A model generated the notes under the pieces. It did not search any database. It was not told the DNA's origin and saw only the letters and a list, made by a program, of their open reading frames with translations. Positions 55,791 through 64,000 of a stretch of 64,000 nt of DNA are shown in pieces. The DNA lies in assembly GCF_009914755.1 (NCBI RefSeq), contig NC_060938.1. One strand, 5' to 3'. A program made the translations under genes and the position numbers. Position 1 is the first letter of the stretch, and every line of letters begins with the position of its first letter. Origin of the DNA: the human T2T-CHM13v2.0 reference genome, Homo sapiens.

Positions 55791-57966
55791 TTATCTTTTT
55801 ACCAAGCCACAACATGTTCGCTTTTCCTCATCTAGGCCTTTTGAACTAAGTAACATGGTATGCCTAGGAAAAGTCCTCAGTGTATAAAATAAAATAACAT
55901 AAAAGACAGTGGCCTAACTATATCTTGGAAAAAATACTTATTTTCTACATTTACTCTAATATTAAGAGACTTTATTGAGCAGGACAGTCATAACTGTCTG
56001 AATTAGGAAGACAACACAGTTTCCAAGAGCAGTCTGCATAGTTGCTCTAGGATGGCAAAGAATTGTGACAGCAACTCTTTAGCCATGTCTGTCATTTTCT
56101 GAATTGCTTATCTCCAGTTTTCACAAAATGAGGCTGACATTACCTCTTTTTATCCATTTGTCATCAGTTACTTAAGGTTAATTTCCCCTGAGGCAAGGAA
56201 TTCTTACATTGTGTAAGAAAGAGTACCAATCTATAATAATTAAAGAGAATTCCTTATGATTTGCTGTTTTCACAAAGAATCCAGCAAAAGCAAAGCTCTT
56301 TTCCATTAGAAAAATGGAATATATCACATAAAATGTTCAAGAAATGATCACATCTTTTTTGTCTTATTGTTTTATTGATGATTAAGGATATCAAATTTAA
56401 ACTAATGAAGTCCAGATTTATATGTCTCTATTATTATTTGTAACGTATGAGTATAAAAGAGCAGTTTTTCTTTTGCTTCCTAGCAATATATTGGCTCTAG
56501 AATGAATGGATTTCTGCCCAGACACAAGTGGGTCATTCAGCTGGTCAACAAGGATGCTTCTTGTGAGAGCAGATTTTTTATGGGGACAGCTGTCTAGCAG
56601 GAAGTATATTGCCATGTGGTCTTTTTGAATTTAGCAAAAGGCTGTCAAATACTCCTAGTACTAACCCACTTAATTTTATAGTCAGTACTTTTACATAGAA
56701 GTGTATTAATAATAATAAATCTGGGTCTGGAATCAAGGTTACTATCAGTTGGTTACAGACAAGACCAAAGTATAAATATCTACTGCATAATAAATGACAT
56801 TTATCTATTCAAATGACATGACTTCTAGTCATTCTGCAGAAACAGGTAACCTTGAATATAACCTCATTTCTTAGAACCTTGGAATCCCAACCTGCAAAGT
56901 GCTGATACAACCTTTTTACAATAATTCTATGGTGGAAGAAATGTTCTCTACTGTTAAAGGGAAATGGAGTAATAGAGCAATTTTTATTAAGCTTGCCTGT
57001 GAAACTTTATAAGAATCAATTTTCCCTAAGCTACTATAGCAATATTGAGCTCTATTACCACTTTCTTTGAGGTGTAAGCACTGACCTTAAAAAAAGTACA
57101 AAGCATTCTAATGTAACCAGTCACAATGAGCCATGACCATTAGGGGAAATAGACACATCTCTTATTTGCACTGCCATCTAGTTCCTTGTTAGAGGAAACT
57201 AAAATGATGACTGTCATCATATGAATATTAGTTTCTCATACTGTGTTAACTGTATCAATGTCAACAGCAAATATTAGCACAAAACTGAATTGGATTTATT
57301 GGCCTTCCAGTGGTGGAAAAAATCACTTACCTTAAAGGGGATCCATTTGCAAAGTTTGAGAAATCAGGTTCTTAACTTGGCCTTTGTTGCCACTAAACAA
57401 TTGTCCCTCTAGCATTTATGCAGCTACTCAGCTGATTGATGCCTGAGCTTGCTTGTACTCTGGTGGGACCACAAAACCATGTATACACCATGCAACACAT
57501 CAGCTAATTGGTCTTACTTTGACTCAGGTCTTGATCCTTGGCCAATTTTAAAATTATTTTAATCATGAAGATGAGCTTTTAACAATGTTTGATGCTTGTG
57601 ATAATATATACCCTAATTCCTACATCTTGTCAGTCTCACATTCTAAAAGATAGTCATGAAAACACATGTTGCTTGATGTTGTTTATCGGACAAACTTTGA
57701 CCATTTACATCTCCCCTCTTTCTGCTGTCCTCACCTCCACATGATTGAGTCTATGAATAACTGGAACTTTTTTTTCTCTCTCTCTCTCTCATTCTATACG
57801 ATGACAAACCATAATGCTGAGCATTTCTGAGAGAATTGGAAGAAAACTGTGGCTGATGGCTACAGAAAGATGCAAGTTTTATGCCAATGACCAATGATTA
57901 AAAACAGATGACATTAGTGCTTTGAAGGGACACAGCTTTCGTGGATCAACTTGAGTATACTGTTCA

Positions 57967-58079
57967 TAGCATGACTACCCAACCCTATTTGCCTGAGATA
58001 GTCCCAGTTTTAGCACTGAAAGTTACCTGTCTTGGGAAATTTCTCAGTCCTAGGCTAGCAGGGATAGTTGGTAAGCTTA
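57967..58079. mobile_element. MER81-like hAT-Blackjack MITE
   Basis: 113 bp; 'gtcccagttttagcactgaaagt...tctcagtcc...gggatagttggtaagctta' with degenerate TIRs. Confidence 0.8.
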
Positions 58080-59330
58080 GTTCTGAATCTGACCTATTCA
58101 ATACATTTCAAAGGTATTTTACTTGTCTTCAAATGTGCATTTAATGGAAAGCCATCACATTCTACCAGGATTACTGGTTCTGTGAAACCTTACCACTGGT
58201 TTCAATGACAGTCTTTCCCACTGAGGGGAGTCTGGCTTGTATCTTCCAGACCAGGGCTAATTGGAAAAGGTGTTTTACTGACAAAGGTTTCTATTAGTCA
58301 GTCAGATAAACAGAGATATAACTCTCTGATAAATCAAAAGCAATAGACTGTTTGCTGTAGAGTAAAATCATGTGAATACAATAATAATAAATACTAGTCC
58401 TAAAAGGACTTCTGTTGTTATCAGCAATTATAACATGATACTCACTATTATATTGCCAGTAAAAATGACCTAATTTATATGCCAGTATAAATTACTAATT
58501 CAGGTTGCATGGATGGATAGTTGGAATTTGCTGATTTGATGAAAGTCGTGAGCCTTCATCATTTGACCTTTCTTGAATTCATGACGTATCTTCTATCAAT
58601 CAGTTTTTAAAAGATATTTGTTAGTTTAATCCTGATCATCTCCTTTTAGGGCTTTAAATGAACCATGAAATGTGAGATACTCACTCTCACTGGGTTTCTA
58701 TTACTTTCATCATAGCCCAGCAAGCTCTCTCATGCTCAGCCTGATGGATTTACCACATCGTTTATTCTGGTCTTAAGGGCATCTTGTTTTTCAGTTCTCT
58801 TTTTTCTTTTTTTTTTTGGACTTTAATCTTGGACAGACACATTATTGTGGATTTTTTACAGTAAAATCTTCTGATTGTTATCAATGTTTTCATAGTTTTT
58901 AATTTCAGTTTGGTAAATCATTGTTTTTTTCTGTTCTAACTTATCTTTATATTAATATATGAAGTTGTAACTGCAAAATAGGAGGTGCTTAGGAAGTGCT
59001 TCTGGATGAATTAATCACTGCTTTGCTGGAGATATACATTATTAAACATATCTAGGTGGTATAAGAGAACAGATTAGAGAAGAATTTGCTATTTTTGAAA
59101 GGTAGCAGAATGTAATACCACAAAAGGAAATATATTTTTCCCTCCCAGATTATATGATTACAAACTATAGTACTTTACTTTTTCTCATCTCTCGAGAATT
59201 TTCATTCTTCTTTTCATCTAAATATTAAAGTAAGGCACATAGTATTTTAATATGTTTTAAAATAAAGCCATGGCCATTGAGGATCTGACAGAGGCAAGGA
59301 TTACTATGCATTTAGAGAAGCTGCAAATCA

Positions 59331-59575
59331 TAGCATGATAGGTATGAATGCAGATTCTGGTATCAGATGGCCTGGGTTTAAAACACACCTCTGCCACTTA
59401 CCAGCTTTATAATCTTAGGAAAAATATTTGACCTCATTGTGCCTTAATTTACTCATTTGTCAAACTAAAGTACTAAAAATACCTACCTCAAAGGGGTGTT
59501 GTGAGTATTAAATAAGTTAATATATGTAGAGTGCTTAGAATAATGCAGCACCTAATAACTATGTGTGTTAATTCT
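59331..59575 (+). mobile_element. MIR, near full length
   Basis: 'cctgggttt...ctctgccacttaccagct...tgtgccttaatttactcatttgt...tacctacctca...gttgtgagtattaaataagttaatatatgtagagtgcttagaa'. Confidence 0.88.
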
Positions 59576-60371
59576 TCTATTTATGATACTGAGATATGCT
59601 TCACATCTCTAGTTTTGTGAGAAAATGATGATGTACACAAGGAGTACCCTTACTTTTCTGCCTCTTTAAATCTTTCACTATAGTTTATGAAAATATAGTA
59701 AATAAAACTATAAGAAAAACTTTAAAAGGTAAAAGTTAACATGTTAAAGGTTAATTATTTGGAAACTATTTTCCAGTCATCAGATTTTAAAACAACTAAC
59801 TTAACTTATTGCCTAAGACCCAAACACTGCTCTTAACTATGAGAACAAAGGGAGAATTACAACCAGTCACTATTTGTTAGTTAGTGAAACCTGGTGAACA
59901 CTGACTCATGGAATGGACTAATGCTAAAGTAAAAGGAAGCTGTCAAATAGATATGATTTTTTAAAATATTCTCCTATTCTCAAGACTGAGGCCTTATATG
60001 TCATTGGTATTTTTTTTTTTGCTTGCCTGCCATTATATCCAAACATACAAATAAATTCTTAAAAGTTTTAATTTAATTTTTGTTAACTTTTTAACCATAT
60101 AAAACAGAAATAATACCCATTTTATAAAAGAGATGGAAAGGTTAAAAAGGGTAATGAATATGGAGCACCTGAAACAGGGACTAGCAGAAACCCTGACATA
60201 GACAACTCTTCCCATCTGCCATCCACTAAATGTTTCACATCTTTGGTTTGCTGACTCAGAAATCGATTCCAGTATTTTAGAATCTACTGAACTCTCCAAG
60301 AGCTTATTAAAATTGTCCCATCTTCCTCCCTTACAAGCATAGTGGTTTGGTTGTAGATCAAACTTAACTTT

Positions 60372-60829
<458 letters not shown>

Positions 60830-63800
60830 TGAAAATTCTTAGGGTTTTGGGAAACGAATCCAAATATACAAAATTTGAATACAGATGTGAGAATTGTACA
60901 CAAGGAGATCCAGTATTTAGACAGGAACTACTATACTACAACTTTCAGTAGCATTTAGATATGGAAGTCTTTATTTTACATCGAATACTAACACACACAC
61001 TCACATACACCCTATCTATTAATGTAATCTATGCCATAAAAATAATATAAAATGAAGCTTTCATTCCTACAAGGTTTAAACTTCTGCTCACAGAAGAAAA
61101 AATAGACCAATGAGCATCTAGAAACATATCTTATGAAAGACAAACACAAAGCAAGATATTTGTATATTTCTGATAGCTATATTAGAAGTAAAGAAAATTC
61201 TTCATAAAAGAAGGCAAATTAATTCCCTGTTTTTCCTGGTATAGTCTCCATATTCACCTCTAAGCCATTTCTATCCATTAAGAGGATTTTTGTGAACTTA
61301 ACAAGTTTGAGATTAATTGTGAAAATACCCTTATGCACACATTCAAACTTCAAGTTAACTGAAATATGCTGTAATCTAGAAAACAAACTCTGAATCAAGA
61401 CACTTGAGCTTTGTCGAAAGTTCATGTTTTCATTGCTTGAACATTTCTAAGTAATCGATTTCTAATCGATTGCCCCATAGCTGCATTTCTGCTGGACAAC
61501 CTGGTTTCCTTCAACTCCAACTCAACAGATACACTCAGTAAATTTAGAAAAACTTCCTTGCATAAACAACATCCCAAATTTAGTTTGTTCTAATGATAGT
61601 TTTGTATGTGTTAAGAACATGGTTGAAAGTTACTTCAACTCTGCTGTGGTAAAGTGTCCTCCATTTCAATATATAAACAGGGTGAACTGTGATCTTTTAC
61701 CATGTGGTTACAGTCACATTCAATCTGAGTTCATTTGTCATTCCTTTACCCTAGAAATAAAAGTAAACCAAAAGAAGGAGGAAGAACAATAGGAGGAGGA
61801 GAAAAATCACACACCAAAGGAACTCTTCCCTGGTACTGTAGAAGTTGATCATCTTAGAAGGCATATGTGTGCCATTCTCCATTAAATAGCAACTCTGCTT
61901 CCTCCCTTTTTTTCTTGGCCCCACTCATGTTTCCTTTGTAAAAGATTTCAAGCATTGGGAATTCTTCAAACCATTTCTTGGGGGTTAGTTGAGATTACAG
62001 TTCTCTAACTGAAAGTAAATATCCCCTTATATCCTCTTTCACAAATTGAGAAGGTTCACTTTTCCAATTTCTTCTTTACATGTTATTTAAAATTAGTGGA
62101 GAGGAATGAAGGAATAAAGGCCCTTTAGTTTTCTGTCACAAATCTTATCTATACTCTTCATGGGAAAAATAAAAGAAATTGAATAGAACTTGCAGTCATA
62201 TTTTTGCATCATTGAATTCCTTGTTCTGCCTTGAGTCAGAGAAATTACTTTAGAAGTTCTTGAAATCAGTACATGTGAATAATCTTACTCTCTATTGAAG
62301 ACAGAGAATAAACTAGAGGAGCAAAGAATCAAATTAACCTGAGTTCAGTATATACACTGCAAACAAGGAAACGGAGGTAAAGTGCCACCTTCACATCCAT
62401 TTTACTTTTAATCAGCTCACTCTCTTTGAGTAGAAAACTATATGTATTCTGTTTATTCATTTTCAAAAATGGAACTCCAGTCACTTGATATTCACGAAAT
62501 AAATTGCAAGCTATGGAATTCCTATTATGATTTAGTTTTCGGCCTACCCCAGTAGGGAACATATCCATTATCTGATTACCCTCAATGTGCTTATCATCTA
62601 TTCAGAAAAATTACATTTAACAAACATAGGACAAATAGAGAACAATAGAACATCTGCTGGAAATTTTAAGTAGTGAAACCTTATAAACTCAGAGATAAAA
62701 GAGATCAGTGTGGTTCAAAATAGCCATGAAGACAAATGATAGTTGTCTTTGGGATGAATTGGGGGTGTGAGCAGAGCCTGACATAAAGCACAAGGCTAAA
62801 TGTTAATCTAATTGAATAGAGATGAAAGCACTTTGTAGAAGACCCATGATTGTTCAGTTAGAGCATGCCCAATAAAGGAAACTTTCCCTCTGATAATATC
62901 TCAAAAGTTTAAAGGACATATTTGTAGAGAGAAATACACTACTTTCCCTTTTGGGTTGCATAAGCAGATGTGGGCTGGATCTGAATAATTAGAAATATTA
63001 ATGGAGAAAATAAACTTGTGTGGCACTTATGGACCAGAAATTATATTTTATCTCCTGCAGCAAAAAAGCATAAGATAATCATACATGCATGATTCCAGAG
63101 TCCGAGACAAATTCCACTCTTAATAAATTCTGAAGGAAAGGTTTAGAAAGTGAATAACTAAATTAATTAGCATGACTTCATCCAATAGACACAATTCTGA
63201 GCTAGAATCCACTGGAACACATTTAAAGATAAACTCATTGCAAAGTTTGATGTATTTTACTAGCATTACTAACAAAGTAATCAGAACACACCTCTCACCT
63301 CTCTTTGATATGCTGTGTTTTTCAAGACTGCAGTGGAGAGCTGCCCCTTGTGTTTAATGCCATGTGTCACCTGTTTGTACACGTGGAAAGCTCATAAAGT
63401 GATTGGGGTCACTACAAATTTATCACTATGATGTTCCTTTGTTAGTCAGAGGTGGTTTGCACTCTGTACACAACTACATACTCAATCTCATTTACTTCCA
63501 AATGACTAAGAGGGAAATGTGGAAAACCCACAGAGATAACATTATTTTATCAAAGGGCAGTGCCTTCCTGGCAATATGTTGTGACAAAGACTATTTTTTT
63601 CACCACTTAAGAAGAAAAAGAGATGGCAGGGGTGGAGGTAGAGCATAAGAAAAATGCCCCATTACAGAGTGTGAAGAGAAGAAACTAAGTGATTCATTCA
63701 TTAGTCAACTGCACAGTGGCAAGCAAATTCAGTGATGTAAGTTGACACTGTCTAGCAAAATAAGCTGTGTTAGACTCTCACTCAAAATATATAGATTTTA

Positions 63801-63860
63801 AGATTCTTTAAGATGAGGAAAGAGGGAGAGATTGAGGCAGGAGAGGGTCCTTAGACTCTT

Positions 63861-63930
63861 GCCACTCAAAGCACAGTTCATGACAAGCAGCAGCTGCATT
63901 AACTGGGAGCTTGTTAGAAATGTGGATAGC
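63861..63930 (+). mobile_element. MER5A-like hAT-Charlie fragment interrupted by an Alu
   Basis: 'ctcaaagc...agcagcagctgcattaactgggagcttgttagaaatg'. Confidence 0.7.
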
Positions 63931-64000
63931 GGCCAGGTGCAGTGGCTCATGCCTGTAATCCCAACACTTTGGGAGGCTGAGGCAGGTGGATCACCTGAGG
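63931..64000 (+). mobile_element. AluS 5' end, cut by the window edge
   Basis: 'ggccaggtgcagtggctcatgcctgtaatcccaacactttgggaggctgaggcaggtggatcacctgagg'. Confidence 0.97.

Overview
This is AT-rich, CpG-depleted primate genomic DNA, most likely human or another ape (AluY, AluS, L1PA, THE1 and Tigger1 are all present). It reads as a gene desert or the interior of a large intron. I find no credible protein-coding gene, RNA gene or CRISPR array. The ORF track is explained by transposon remnants, Alu read-through and low-complexity sequence. The dominant structure is a ~10 kb nest at 6.9-17.1 kb: a full-length old L1 (L1MA-type, minus strand, TSD still visible) carries a near-complete Tigger1 and a truncated L1PA, and the Tigger1 in turn carries a THE1 LTR and an AluS. 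Other elements include a decayed hAT-Charlie transposase interrupted by L1+AluY, an ERVL-type pol remnant with an AluY, solo LTRs, ten Alus, MIR/L2 fragments, MER81, MER5A and a one-armed MADE1. I cannot support a new biological system here. The most unusual items are an alternating ~82/72-bp higher-order repeat in the L1 5' region, a probable 5'-inverted retrocopy of an mRNA 3' end (18.7-19.05 kb), an LTR lying sense-upstream of a retained Tigger1 start codon and HTH ORF, and a strong splice acceptor plus solo Hsmar1 TIR between inverted Alus. Repeat subfamily names come from my memory of consensus sequences and need RepeatMasker/Dfam confirmation. Boundaries of old repeats are approximate.
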